DNA of 64,000 nucleotides from Candidatus Falkowbacteria bacterium RIFOXYA2_FULL_47_19 (GCA_001780275.1 MFGB01000006.1:1756-65755); one strand, 5' to 3'. Positions 9,392 to 18,564 are shown, counted from the stretch's first letter. Numbers and translations are program-made. The notes: generated from the sequence alone by a model not told the origin.

Positions 9392-9418
9392 AATTTCCAA
9401 TTTCTAATTTTCAATTTC
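9392..9418. repeat. Right arm of the inverted repeat bracketing the four-helix-bundle gene
   Basis: The sequence aatttccaatttctaattttcaatttc is complementary to 8971-9005 and starts immediately upstream of the ATG. Confidence 0.7.
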
Positions 9419-9463
9419 GTGTATTTCAAAATGCTTATAGTTTTATATTTATAAACCTATTTT

Positions 9464-10042
9464 TTATAATGCATTCTTCTTCTCCACCACCCCCCAATCA
9501 AACACCCTCTCTGTATACGGCTGGCCATTCATGAGCTGTTCGCGTAAAAAGCCGGCAAAAATCTCGTCTTCCAGGCGGATGCGGTATAACCGCGGCCGGA
9601 GCGTTTCCGTTTTTGGTTTCGGACGGTATTCTCTCCCTTCTTGCTTAGCGCGCGTCTCTTCCTCCTCGGCCCTTTTCTTCTCCTCTTCGCTCCATTCTTT
9701 TTTCGGGATCTCCCGTTCATCGGCCATCGTAAGTTTTTGGACCTCGTCTTCGGTTAATTCCATTTTCAGGATAAGAAAGCTGATACGCTCCGTGGTGGAC
9801 CACTGCAAAATTTTTCCCTCTTCTTGTTTTTTCATGATCAGCACGTCACCGATCTTCATGTCGTTTTTAAGACTTTCGGCGCTATTATCGCCTTGATCGT
9901 GGGCGAATACGGCCACCTCATAAAGCGCTTTCGGCGCGGGTTTAAAAAATAAATTTATAAGCACCCCTAAAATAACAAGTCCGGCCAAAACGAATCCGGC
10001 AATAAGCGCTTGTTTTTTGGTTAAATGCTTGATTTTTATCAT
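9464..10042 (-). CDS. Hypothetical N-terminally membrane-anchored protein with a highly charged K/E-rich region
   Basis: The ORF has one TM segment (ALIAGFVLAGLVILGVLINLFF). The track start at 10084 is a TTG; the first ATG is at 10040-10042. Confidence 0.5.
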   Translation of the reverse strand: MIKIKHLTKKQALIAGFVLAGLVILGVLINLFFKPAPKALYEVAVFAHDQGDNSAESLKNDMKIGDVLIMKKQEEGKILQWSTTERISFLILKMELTEDEVQKLTMADEREIPKKEWSEEEKKRAEEEETRAKQEGREYRPKPKTETLRPRLYRIRLEDEIFAGFLREQLMNGQPYTERVFDWGVVEKKNAL

Positions 10043-10287
10043 AAAAACAAAAAACACGGTTAAAAACCGTGGAAGTTGCAACAAAAAAATATAAAAGTAG
10101 GTTTTTCCTTAAGCATGGGGATGGCCTAAAATTACAAAAAATACCGGGAGCGATATCCTGGTATTATTATACAATAAACTAAGGCATGTTTCAATATAAA
10201 AATTATTTTCGAACAAATGTATGAAGCGCGCGACTAGTCATTCCTGTTTAAAAATAATTCCTGTATTTCCTCTGAACCGTTTAAGGA

Positions 10288-10530
10288 TCAACCGAACATC
10301 GGTTCCAGCTTCAACTGTTTTTCTATTCTCTCCAATCTTTTTTCAAAACGGTCATGAGCGGCCTGGTTAGAGACGAAAGCATGTTCAATGTCATCAAGCT
10401 TTTTCCTTTGAGCGTCCATTGCGGTAAGCAATTGGCCCACGCCCTTTTTCACATCTTTTAAATCATTGCTTAATTCATTAAACTCGTCTTTCGTGGCCAA
10501 CTTATTGAATTGTTCCGGCGTTAACGTCAT
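10288..10530 (-). CDS. Hypothetical 80-aa coiled-coil protein
   Basis: ATG-initiated ORF with heptad-like charged sequence and no recognisable motif. Confidence 0.4.
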   Translation of the reverse strand: MTLTPEQFNKLATKDEFNELSNDLKDVKKGVGQLLTAMDAQRKKLDDIEHAFVSNQAAHDRFEKRLERIEKQLKLEPMFG

Positions 10531-10565
10531 AATATTTATTAAAAATTACCCGTCCTCTGATAATA

Positions 10566-12038
10566 TTATAATTTACCAGCCGGTAGTTTGTCAAATACCA
10601 ATCCCATGATCAACCCCAAAAATAACATTCCGAAATGTCCGCTCCACCACCAATGATCAGCCTGAAACAGCACGAACATTGAGGCTAATAACGCAATAAT
10701 ATAAATTTCGTCCTTCGTCGTTCCGTCTCGTTTCCATAATATATAAACAATGGCGCAGAAAACGGATAAAAATAAAACCGATCCGATAATCCCAATTTCA
10801 GACCAGATCAATAAAAAAACGTTGTGGACCGGCTGGTAATCCCAGGCTTTTAAATTCGGCTCTATTTTATGCAGATACTGAGTATAATTTCCGACTCCCA
10901 CGCCGAAGAGCCAGTTGTCGCTGATAATTTCCCGGGCCGATTTGAGGGATTCTATCCGTTCGGTATTCGATTTTATCTCCAGGCGGGTATCCCGGGAAAG
11001 CCTGGTCAGGACAAGATCGGAAAACAGATTGAAAAATATAAAAATCATTATTCCTCCCGCTAAAACAATTTTCAATAGATATTTCTGCGTCGACAGATCT
11101 TTTTTTATTAAAGCAGATGAAAACATGGCCAGTATCCCAAAGATCAATCCCGCCCAGGCCGCTCTTGAGAAGGTGAAGAATATTGCGGATAAAAAAACTA
11201 AAAACAAGGACCAAAGCAGGTACGGATATAAAAATATTAGATATTGGATATTGAATATTGGATATTTGCGCAAGCCCGAATCTGATAAAAAGTTTTTATT
11301 ACCTCCCAATATCCGATATCTAATATCTAATATCGGCCTGTTAGCTTCCGAGGATTTGAATAATAGCATGAACAAAAAAAGCAAACCGACCACTAAATAT
11401 CCACCCAGAATATTCGGATGATCAAGTCCTCCATAGGCCCTGAGCCACCTTTCCCCTGATAAGGTTTCTATGACGGATGTTCCCGGGACGGCCGGATCGT
11501 GCGAGGCGAGACCGAGCCACTTGCAGGCGAAAGATGATTGCGACAGGAATTGCCAAATACCTAAAATAGCCTGCACCACCGCTCCGGTCAAGAACGCATA
11601 AAGCATTTTTATCCGGTCATAATCCGCACTAACAACCATCCAGAACAATCCGACTCCTAATAAAAACCAAAAATACTTCTGCAGGGCTACGAGCTTATCC
11701 GGTGAGCGGAATATAGATATAAAAATAATCAAATCAAACAAAGCAATGCTGAACAAAAAAAATTTATGTTTAAAAATTGATAATTGATCATTGATCGGAT
11801 ATTGGGCATTGGATATTGGATATTGAAAACGTTTTAATAGAAAAAACGCTGCTGCCGCAAATAACAAAAAAGCGAGCACTACATCCGTTCCATATAAACT
11901 GATCGTTCCAAACTCGGAATACCCGCCGTTTATTATTCCCGGCCGGATGATCCATCGCGTCTGCCAGGGCAGTAAAAAAACCAAAAAATACAGGCCGTAT
12001 TCGATTATTTTTTTATACGTTGTCGACATATTTCTCAT
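10566..12038 (-). CDS. O-antigen ligase/polymerase-like (Wzy_C) polytopic membrane protein
   Basis: 490 aa with more than 10 hydrophobic segments. The Wzy_C-type motif FTFSRAAWAGLIFGILAM is present. The CDS contains two in-frame low-complexity palindromic insertions. Confidence 0.7.
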   Translation of the reverse strand: MRNMSTTYKKIIEYGLYFLVFLLPWQTRWIIRPGIINGGYSEFGTISLYGTDVVLAFLLFAAAAFFLLKRFQYPISNAQYPINDQLSIFKHKFFLFSIALFDLIIFISIFRSPDKLVALQKYFWFLLGVGLFWMVVSADYDRIKMLYAFLTGAVVQAILGIWQFLSQSSFACKWLGLASHDPAVPGTSVIETLSGERWLRAYGGLDHPNILGGYLVVGLLFLFMLLFKSSEANRPILDIRYRILGGNKNFLSDSGLRKYPIFNIQYLIFLYPYLLWSLFLVFLSAIFFTFSRAAWAGLIFGILAMFSSALIKKDLSTQKYLLKIVLAGGIMIFIFFNLFSDLVLTRLSRDTRLEIKSNTERIESLKSAREIISDNWLFGVGVGNYTQYLHKIEPNLKAWDYQPVHNVFLLIWSEIGIIGSVLFLSVFCAIVYILWKRDGTTKDEIYIIALLASMFVLFQADHWWWSGHFGMLFLGLIMGLVFDKLPAGKL

Positions 12039-12079
12039 AAAAACGTATCAGGCTGAAGCGAGGGCATATTTCGGAAGCG

Positions 12080-13018
12080 TCAGCCAAGAACGATTTCCAG
12101 TCTTTCCTGCCACCGCCTGCGATATTCTTCCCTTCTGTCCTTGGAATGCAGTTTTAGGACCTGGTCGTTTATGGTTACCCGGGTATCCTTATTCATTCCC
12201 TTTTTCAAAGCAATCGGCAGTTTCCGCAGCTGCCAGGCCTTAAGGTTCTTCTCAAGCCCGCCGACGAACAAATCGACCGTATCGCGGTAAAATCCCGATA
12301 GACCCTCTCCGGCGGTTTGCCCGGGAAGAGGACGCTTGGGATATTTCCGGTTAGGAAGATATTCCCGAAGCCATCCGTTTTTTTCGATAAGCGCGCCATA
12401 AAAATCGCCTTTATCGAAAACGGGGATCAAGCCGGCAAGCCAATGGATAAAGTAAATATCCTTTCCGCCGTTTAGCATTAGGGGCCTTAAGTCCAGTGAT
12501 CCAGCGGCCACGTAAAAATTTAAACAGATCTTGTTTCTGGTCTTATTCTCTTTCGGCCGCAAATCCAATAATTTCAGGAAACCCGCGCAAAAAAAACGGG
12601 TTATCCAGATCCTTTTCGGTTCGGTTACGATAAAAAGGTCGATATCGCTTTCGTCTTTAAGATTATTGGCGCCTATCACGTTACTTAAAGCGATCAGGTT
12701 TATCCAGGGGATCAACTTGAATATCCGGGCCATTAAAATCGCGCGTTTTAGCTTCTCCTTGGCGTAATTATATCTCCTGGCTCTCGTTTCCACTGTCTGC
12801 TTCCTTCCGGAAAAAAAATAAAACCCGTCCTGTTCCTCTAAAATATTCTTCAGATCATCTTTTTTGAGCACGGCTGATATTTCTTCGAACACGAAAGCTG
12901 TATCGCAATATTGCCAGATCTCAAAAGCCGTCAACGGATAATCGAACATGTCGAAGAACGCTATCGTCCTGATAATAGCATTTTTCAATCTTCCCGTGTC
13001 GTTTCCTTCTGGCGGCAT
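12080..13018 (-). CDS. Hypothetical protein, possible nucleotidyltransferase fold
   Basis: 312 aa. The segment GANNLKDESDIDLFIV resembles the G.(S/N)...D.D motif of NTase-fold proteins. This is weak evidence. Confidence 0.35.
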   Translation of the reverse strand: MPPEGNDTGRLKNAIIRTIAFFDMFDYPLTAFEIWQYCDTAFVFEEISAVLKKDDLKNILEEQDGFYFFSGRKQTVETRARRYNYAKEKLKRAILMARIFKLIPWINLIALSNVIGANNLKDESDIDLFIVTEPKRIWITRFFCAGFLKLLDLRPKENKTRNKICLNFYVAAGSLDLRPLMLNGGKDIYFIHWLAGLIPVFDKGDFYGALIEKNGWLREYLPNRKYPKRPLPGQTAGEGLSGFYRDTVDLFVGGLEKNLKAWQLRKLPIALKKGMNKDTRVTINDQVLKLHSKDRREEYRRRWQERLEIVLG

Positions 13019-13149
13019 AAAAAAATGAATATTAAATATCAGATATAGGATATTATGCTACAGGCTTGAATCGTTATATCAATAAAAATCGGCATCAGGA
13101 TTTAATATCTGTTGTTATAATATCAAATATCCAATATCTAATTACCCGT

Positions 13150-14259
13150 TTATTCTATTTTAGGTTTATCTATGGCTAATACCTCGATCTTCGATTCCCC
13201 GTCCGTGATCTTAACGACATCCTTGTCTATTTTTCTGAATTCGATGTAAGCGTTATTATAATGGTTGACCGTCGCGGCCATGGATATGCCCAGCTTGCGC
13301 ATGAAATCGTCATAGGAGAGGAGATGCTTCCCGAGCTTTTCCACGTTAGCCCGGATCGTTTTGGCGCTTTCCTCTATCTGCAGCGCCCGGAGTCCCTGGA
13401 GAACGGTCTGGAGATAGGCCAAAAACGAAGTGGGCGAAACTATGATCACGTGCCGGTCGCGGAACGCGTATTCAATAAGGTCGCGGGTCGATACCTTTAC
13501 GGCCCCGACTTTGTTTATAAGGAGATCGTAATAGATGGCCTCTGAAGGAATGAACATAAAAGCGAAATCCATGGTTTTTTCGGACGGCTTTACGTATTTG
13601 CTCGTTTCATCGATCCGGGTTTTTAAGTCCTGTTTGAAGATCTTTTCCAGTTTTTCCCGTTCCGCCTTGTCGCTGGCGTTAAGTATCCGCTCGTAATTCT
13701 CGAGGCTGAATTTCGAATCGATCGGAATAACCTTGTCTTTGACGAATACGACGGCGTCCACGATCGAACCGTCTTTAAAGGGGTACTGCATCTGGTAAGA
13801 ATTGGGGGGCAGGACATTCTTAAGCGTTTCTTCAAGATAATACTCGCCCAACACCCCTCTCTGTTTGGGGTTTTTAAGTATATCCTGCAGATTCTGGAGC
13901 TGGCTGGAAAAATTGACCACCTGCTTGTTGGTCTCGTCAAGTTTGGTCAGGCGTTCTGTTACTGAAGATATAAGCTTGGCCGACTGGCCGCTTATCGATT
14001 GCACCGTTTTAATGGTTTGCCCGATCTGCTCCTGGGTACTGCGGTACTGCGCCTGCGTAGCCTGATGCGTTTCGGCCAGTTTCGCGTCTATCATCTGCCT
14101 AAGTTCCCGATTCTGCTCGGCCAGGATCGCGAGCCGCTCCATCATCGCCCCCTGTCTCTCTTCGCTCCCGGCACCGTCTTTCTTTTTAAGCATAAGATAT
14201 ATCGTTACCGCCAAGCCGGCTAAAAGAAGAAATAATAAGATAATAGTGAAAACCTGCAT
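13150..14259 (-). CDS. rmuC: DNA recombination protein RmuC
   Basis: N-terminal TM segment followed by a long coiled coil. The C-terminal RmuC nuclease-like core reads VDAVVF......IPIDSKF ... FAFMFIPSEAIY ... VIIVSPTSFLAYL. Confidence 0.85.
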   Translation of the reverse strand: MQVFTIILLFLLLAGLAVTIYLMLKKKDGAGSEERQGAMMERLAILAEQNRELRQMIDAKLAETHQATQAQYRSTQEQIGQTIKTVQSISGQSAKLISSVTERLTKLDETNKQVVNFSSQLQNLQDILKNPKQRGVLGEYYLEETLKNVLPPNSYQMQYPFKDGSIVDAVVFVKDKVIPIDSKFSLENYERILNASDKAEREKLEKIFKQDLKTRIDETSKYVKPSEKTMDFAFMFIPSEAIYYDLLINKVGAVKVSTRDLIEYAFRDRHVIIVSPTSFLAYLQTVLQGLRALQIEESAKTIRANVEKLGKHLLSYDDFMRKLGISMAATVNHYNNAYIEFRKIDKDVVKITDGESKIEVLAIDKPKIE

Positions 14260-14284
14260 ATTTATTGTATTAGTGTTTAATATC

Positions 14285-14312
14285 TAGTATTTAGCTGTCC
14301 GGCTAAATACTA
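14285..14312. promoter_or_regulatory. 11-bp inverted repeat in the divergent rmuC/uvrA promoter region
   Basis: tagtatttagc-N6-gctaaatacta, followed by ctaaatac/aaaatac word repeats. Confidence 0.3.
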
Positions 14313-14518
14313 AATACAAAATACTATATACCTTATATTACCAATTCTCTACGATTACCGCAACCGAACGCTAAAAATAGCCTAATTTCCATAATTTTTA
14401 TTTTGTAGCGCACCGCTCTTGCCACAACCCGATATTTAATGTATAATAAACTCCGTTTACAATCACATAATTCGCTATCGGCTGATTGGCGCTTATTTGC
14501 CGATCAGTATTATATTTT

Positions 14519-17389
14519 ATGCCAAAAACCAATTCTAACACCATAAAAATAAAAGGCGCCCGGGTGCATAATCTGAAAAACGTAAGTCTGGAGATCCCGC
14601 GCGACAAGTATGTCGTCTTTACCGGACTCTCCGGCTCCGGCAAATCTTCTCTGGCCTTTGACACGATTTATGCGGAGGGGCAAAGGCGCTACGTTGAATC
14701 TCTTTCGGCCTACGCCCGGCAATTTATCGGGCTTATGGACAAACCGGACGTGGATTCGATCGAAGGCTTAAGTCCGGCGATCTCGATCGACCAGAAAACG
14801 GCTCCGCATAATCCCCGTTCCACGGTCGGCACGATCACGGAAATATACGACTACATGCGCCTGCTCTTTGCCCGCGTCGGCATTCCGCATTGCCCGGAAT
14901 GCGGCCGGAAAATAAAGCAATACACGGTCGACGAGATAGTCAATCAGATTTCGGCGGAATACGCCGATAAGGAGACCACGATCCTCTCGCCCGTGATCAA
15001 GGACAAAAAAGGCGAACACAAGAATACGCTGCCCGGGATAAAAAAAGCCGGTTACGGCCAGGTCCGGTTCGATAATAAGACCTACGCGCTTGACGAATTC
15101 GAGGACATGACCGTAAATAAAAAATTAAAACATAATCTGGAAATAGTGATCGACCGGCTTAAAATTTCTAAAAATAAGGAAGATATGGCGAGGCTGTCCG
15201 AGGCCATAGAAAGCGCCCTGGACCTGTCTAACGGACTGGTAACGGTCTTGGGGGGCGATAACAGCGGTAAAAAAGAAGACGCAAAGACTTTCTCCCGGCT
15301 ATTCGCCTGCCCTGATTGCGGCATCAGCCTCCCCGAATTGGAACCTCGCAACTTTTCTTTTAACTCCCCCCACGGCGCCTGCGAGGAATGCTCCGGCTTG
15401 GGCACGAAGCTGGAGATCGATTCGGAATTGATCCTTAATCCGAATCTGACGATCGCCCAAGGCGCGATCCGGCCCTGGGCCCATAACACCGCGACCGGCC
15501 AGACCTGGCTCATGCGCATTCTCGGCACGGTCGCCAACAAGAACGGTTTCGACCTGAACACCCCCCTGAAGAATCTAACGAAAAAACAGATGGATATCGT
15601 TCTTTACGGCACCGGCGACAAGAACTATAATGTCGACTACGAAAGCGAACGTTTCTCTGGCGAGCTGACCACCGAATTCGAGGGCGTTATTCCTAATCTC
15701 GAGCGCCGCTACGGAGCGACCGAATCGGATTACGTGCGCAAGGAGATCGAACAATACATGCGCGTCCTGGTATGCCCGAAATGCGGCGGCCAACGCCTGA
15801 AAAAAGAAATGCTATCCGTTAAAGTAGCCGAACTGTCGATTTCCGATATAGCCACCATGACGATAGAGTCGACCAAAGAATTTTTTACGGGGCTGGAAAA
15901 TTCGAAAACCCTTACCGTCCGGGAAAAGAAGATCGCGTCCCAGATCATCAAAGAGATAAAGGCCAGGCTTGAATTCCTTTTAAACGTCGGTTTGAATTAT
16001 CTGACGCTTGACCGGTCCGCCAATACCCTCTCCGGCGGCGAAGCCCAGCGCATCCGGCTGGCTAACCAGATCGGCACCTCTCTCGTTGGGGTGCTTTATA
16101 TATTGGACGAACCTTCGATCGGGCTCCATCAGCGCGATAACAACAAGCTTATCGATACTTTGAAAAAACTCCGGGATATCGGCAATACGGTGATCGTGGT
16201 CGAGCACGATGAGGCTACGATGGAAGCTGCCGACTGGATCGTCGACGTCGGTCCCGGCGCCGGCGAACATGGCGGCAAGATCGTCGTATCCGGAACGCCG
16301 GCTAAAATAAAAAACACAGCCGCTTCTTTGACCGGACAATACCTGTCAGGAAAAAAATCAATCCCGATCCCGAAAAAATACCGCCCCGGCAACGGCCAGG
16401 CGATCCGTATCTTGGGCGCTTCCGAACACAATCTCAAGAATATCGACGTTTCCTTCCCCCTGGGCAAGTTCATCGCTATTACCGGCGTATCCGGCTCCGG
16501 TAAGTCGACCCTTATGACCGATATCCTGGCCCGGGCGTTAAACCAAAAATTCTACCGGGCGAAGACCGAACCGGGAAAGCACAAATCGATCGAAGGCTTA
16601 AGACAGATAAATAAGGTCATCAATATCGACCAGTCTCCGATCGGCCGCACCCCCCGCTCCAACCCGGCTACCTATACGGGAGCTTTTACTCCTATCCGCG
16701 AGCTCTTCGCGAGCTTGCCGGAATCTAAGATCAAGGGTTATAAAGCGGGCCGCTTTTCGTTCAATGTCGTCGGCGGACGCTGCGAGGCCTGCGCCGGCGA
16801 CGGTATGGTAAAGATCGAAATGCAATTCCTGCCCGACGTTTACGTCGAATGCGAAGTCTGTCATGGCCACCGCTACAATAAAGAAGCTCTCGATATTTAT
16901 TACAAGGACAAGAATATTTCCGAGGTTCTCAACATGACCGTAGAGGAGGCCATGACCTTCTTTAAAAATATACCGGCAATCTTTCAGAAACTCGATACTT
17001 TAAACGAGGTCGGTCTGGGCTACATAAAATTGGGCCAATCGGCCACGACTCTCTCCGGCGGCGAAGCGCAGCGGATCAAGCTTGCGACCGAACTTTCCCG
17101 CCGGGCCACCGGACAAACTCTTTATATATTGGACGAACCCACGACGGGCCTGCATTTCGATGATATTAAGCGTCTTTTGGACGTTTTGAACCAGCTGGTC
17201 GACAAAGGCAATACGGTCCTGATCATCGAACATAATCTTGATGTGATAAAATCCGTCGATTGGGTGATCGACCTCGGACCCGAAGGCGGAGATAAGGGCG
17301 GCTATATCGTGGCCGAAGGCACGCCCAAAGATATTGCCAAAGTAAAAAACAGCTATACCGGGCAGTATTTAAGCAAAGTATTGAAATAA
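14519..17389 (+). CDS. uvrA: Excinuclease ABC subunit A
   Basis: Two ABC ATPase modules ([12 protein letters not shown] and [10 protein letters not shown]; LSGGEAQR twice). Zinc-finger Cys pairs CPECG, CP.CGG and C.AC.G are present. The likely start is the ATG at 14519 ([19 protein letters not shown]). Confidence 0.95.
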   Translation: MPKTNSNTIKIKGARVHNLKNVSLEIPRDKYVVFTGLSGSGKSSLAFDTIYAEGQRRYVESLSAYARQFIGLMDKPDVDSIEGLSPAISIDQKTAPHNPRSTVGTITEIYDYMRLLFARVGIPHCPECGRKIKQYTVDEIVNQISAEYADKETTILSPVIKDKKGEHKNTLPGIKKAGYGQVRFDNKTYALDEFEDMTVNKKLKHNLEIVIDRLKISKNKEDMARLSEAIESALDLSNGLVTVLGGDNSGKKEDAKTFSRLFACPDCGISLPELEPRNFSFNSPHGACEECSGLGTKLEIDSELILNPNLTIAQGAIRPWAHNTATGQTWLMRILGTVANKNGFDLNTPLKNLTKKQMDIVLYGTGDKNYNVDYESERFSGELTTEFEGVIPNLERRYGATESDYVRKEIEQYMRVLVCPKCGGQRLKKEMLSVKVAELSISDIATMTIESTKEFFTGLENSKTLTVREKKIASQIIKEIKARLEFLLNVGLNYLTLDRSANTLSGGEAQRIRLANQIGTSLVGVLYILDEPSIGLHQRDNNKLIDTLKKLRDIGNTVIVVEHDEATMEAADWIVDVGPGAGEHGGKIVVSGTPAKIKNTAASLTGQYLSGKKSIPIPKKYRPGNGQAIRILGASEHNLKNIDVSFPLGKFIAITGVSGSGKSTLMTDILARALNQKFYRAKTEPGKHKSIEGLRQINKVINIDQSPIGRTPRSNPATYTGAFTPIRELFASLPESKIKGYKAGRFSFNVVGGRCEACAGDGMVKIEMQFLPDVYVECEVCHGHRYNKEALDIYYKDKNISEVLNMTVEEAMTFFKNIPAIFQKLDTLNEVGLGYIKLGQSATTLSGGEAQRIKLATELSRRATGQTLYILDEPTTGLHFDDIKRLLDVLNQLVDKGNTVLIIEHNLDVIKSVDWVIDLGPEGGDKGGYIVAEGTPKDIAKVKNSYTGQYLSKVLK

Positions 17390-17414
17390 TCGCGTCAAAT
17401 TATTTAATGCCATA

Positions 17415-17446
17415 AGAGGCGCCCGGCGGGGCGTCTCTTTGTTTTT
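17415..17446 (+). terminator. uvrA rho-independent terminator
   Basis: 10-bp stem agaggcgccc/ggggcgtctct. Its G19-T34 position is a wobble only on the plus strand. It is followed by tttgttttt. Confidence 0.75.
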
Positions 17447-17450
17447 AAAC

Positions 17451-17498
17451 AAAAAAAGGCCCGCCTATTGGACCAGATTGTTCTGGTAATAAGCGGGC
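17451..17498 (-). terminator. Minus-strand rho-independent terminator, convergent with the uvrA terminator
   Basis: 11-bp outer stem 17459-17469/17488-17498 plus inner stem accaga/tctggt. The single non-Watson-Crick position is C.A on the plus strand but G.U on the minus strand. A 7-U run follows on the minus strand. Confidence 0.7.
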
Positions 17499-18445
17499 GG
17501 TGCGTCACGTTTTTAGCGACGCTAGATATATTTTCCACGGCGTTGGCCGTAGGTCTTTCGGTACATTCATACCTCCTCTCCGGCGCGCGCAGCGGGCGAC
17601 CGGTGTTGGGTTGATGGAAAGGTGGGCGATCCGGCCGCAGAGCGGGAGAGAGCCCTTGGGGCCCCCTTGCCTCATGGGCGGATCACCCGGACGGCCGCGT
17701 TATTGGACGCAACTACGGCCATTTGCCTGGCGGGCGAAAAACCGGGGCTGCAGGGGTCATCTTTTCTCCTTTTTCAAGGGATGGGCGAGGGGTGCGGAAG
17801 TGTCTCCCGATACCGGGGGGCCGCGCGCGTCCGGCGGCGGCCGATGGGGGGACGTCTCTAGCCGCGCCCCCGCCCTTGGGAAATCCAAGCCGTACGGGGG
17901 CCGGAGTCGGGCCGATATTCGGCGCGGCCGACTCATTTTTTTTGACCAAAAGGCTTGGATACGCCGACCTACCGCCGAACATTGTGGGCGGTCAAAAGCC
18001 GACGCTCCTCATAGGTATTCCCGGTTTCAATGTCCCGAAACGAATCGGAACTCCGCCGAAGAACCCTATAGGGAGTGGAGCGCTGGCGACCAGGACGGGC
18101 CGGCCAACTTGATCACGGGCAGAAAAATCGGCAACGAGTGAAGGCCACGTTTCTGTTCACAATAACGGTACCGTCCCGAATGGGACGCAAATAATAGGTC
18201 ATCCCGGATCTCCTTTCCTTCCCTCAAGGGCGCCCTTAGGGGAAAAAATATTATGATAAACCCCGTTATCCGGTCACGCCGCCTTCAAAGAAGCGGCCGC
18301 GGATGAACGGAGATACCACCGCAAGACAAAGAGCGAATCGTAGAAACGCGACGTAGAGACGCGATTAATCGCGTCTCTACGTCGCGTTTTCATATTTAAC
18401 GCAGAATTTTATCTTAGCAGATATTAAAAATCTTTCAAGGTACGT
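17499..18445 (-). ncRNA. Candidate large (~0.95 kb) structured noncoding RNA of unknown class
   Basis: The locus is GC-rich with only overlapping Arg/Gly/Pro-rich ORFs in several frames. Many helices are visible (see findings). It is flanked by a promoter at 18452-18480 and a terminator at 17451-17498. Strand assignment is tentative. Confidence 0.45.
18344..18389. repeat. Perfect 46-nt palindrome (aaacgcgacgtagagacgcgat|taatcgcgtctctacgtcgcgttt)
   Basis: Read directly from the sequence. It gives a 21-bp stem and belongs to the GTAGAGACG palindrome family. Confidence 0.85.
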
Positions 18446-18451
18446 TTCTGT

Positions 18452-18480
18452 ATAATAACACACACAAGAATATTTGTCAA
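18452..18480 (-). promoter_or_regulatory. Sigma-70-type promoter: TTGACA, 17-nt spacer, TATTAT
   Basis: The minus strand reads ttgacaaatattcttgtgtgtgttattat. It lies between the CDF-gene terminator and the GC-rich locus. Confidence 0.55.
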
Positions 18481-18531
18481 TAGTAAATTAAATATTTAAA
18501 CACAATTGGCTAAAATTCAATTAATCTATAT

Positions 18532-18557
18532 AAAAAAACCCCGCGTATTACGGGGTT
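18532..18557 (-). terminator. Terminator of the CDF transporter gene
   Basis: Stem aaccccg/cggggtt with a 7-nt loop, followed by a U run on the minus strand. Confidence 0.75.
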
Positions 18558-18564
18558 ATAGTTT

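Noticed and set aside
10566-12038. Splitting the O-antigen-ligase-like ORF into two genes at the internal palindromic element
   Set aside because: No stop codon interrupts the frame. Hydrophobic TM-like segments continue on both sides, and no start codon with an SD follows the element. It is kept as one CDS with an in-frame insertion.
17505-17570. 21-aa ORF (MNVPKDLRPTPWKIYLASLKT), or the nested 14-aa ORF, preceded by GGAGG, as a real small gene; also a 15-aa ORF after AAGGAG at about 17716-17760
   Set aside because: They are too short, have no recognisable features, and the SD spacing for the 21-aa frame is only 1-2 nt. In a GC-rich structured region, purine-rich runs followed by ATG occur by chance. 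They are mentioned inside the finding but not called as CDS.
17500-18141. 213-aa plus-strand ORF, plus overlapping ORFs 17622-17861, 17723-18112 and 17713-17982, as protein-coding genes
   Set aside because: Their products are Arg/Gly/Pro-rich low-complexity sequences. They overlap one another in four frames and have no start context. They lie in a GC-rich stretch where stop codons are rare by composition. Structured RNA or non-coding sequence is the better interpretation.
17447-18450. Identity of the GC-rich locus as RNase P RNA, tmRNA, SRP RNA, 6S RNA or a group II intron
   Set aside because: I looked for GGAAAGUCC...ACAGAA..GGCUUA (RNase P P4 strands in the correct order and spacing). I also looked for a tRNA-like CCACCA-proximal 3' end with a tag ORF (tmRNA), the GGAA-tetraloop/AGCAGCC motif (SRP), and GUGYG plus a domain-V AGC/GNRA hairpin. 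Only partial, wrongly spaced resemblances were found: GGAAGGAAAGGAGATCC and ACAGAAACGTGGCCTT only ~75 nt apart, and a GTGCG at 17499. A covariance-model scan is still needed.
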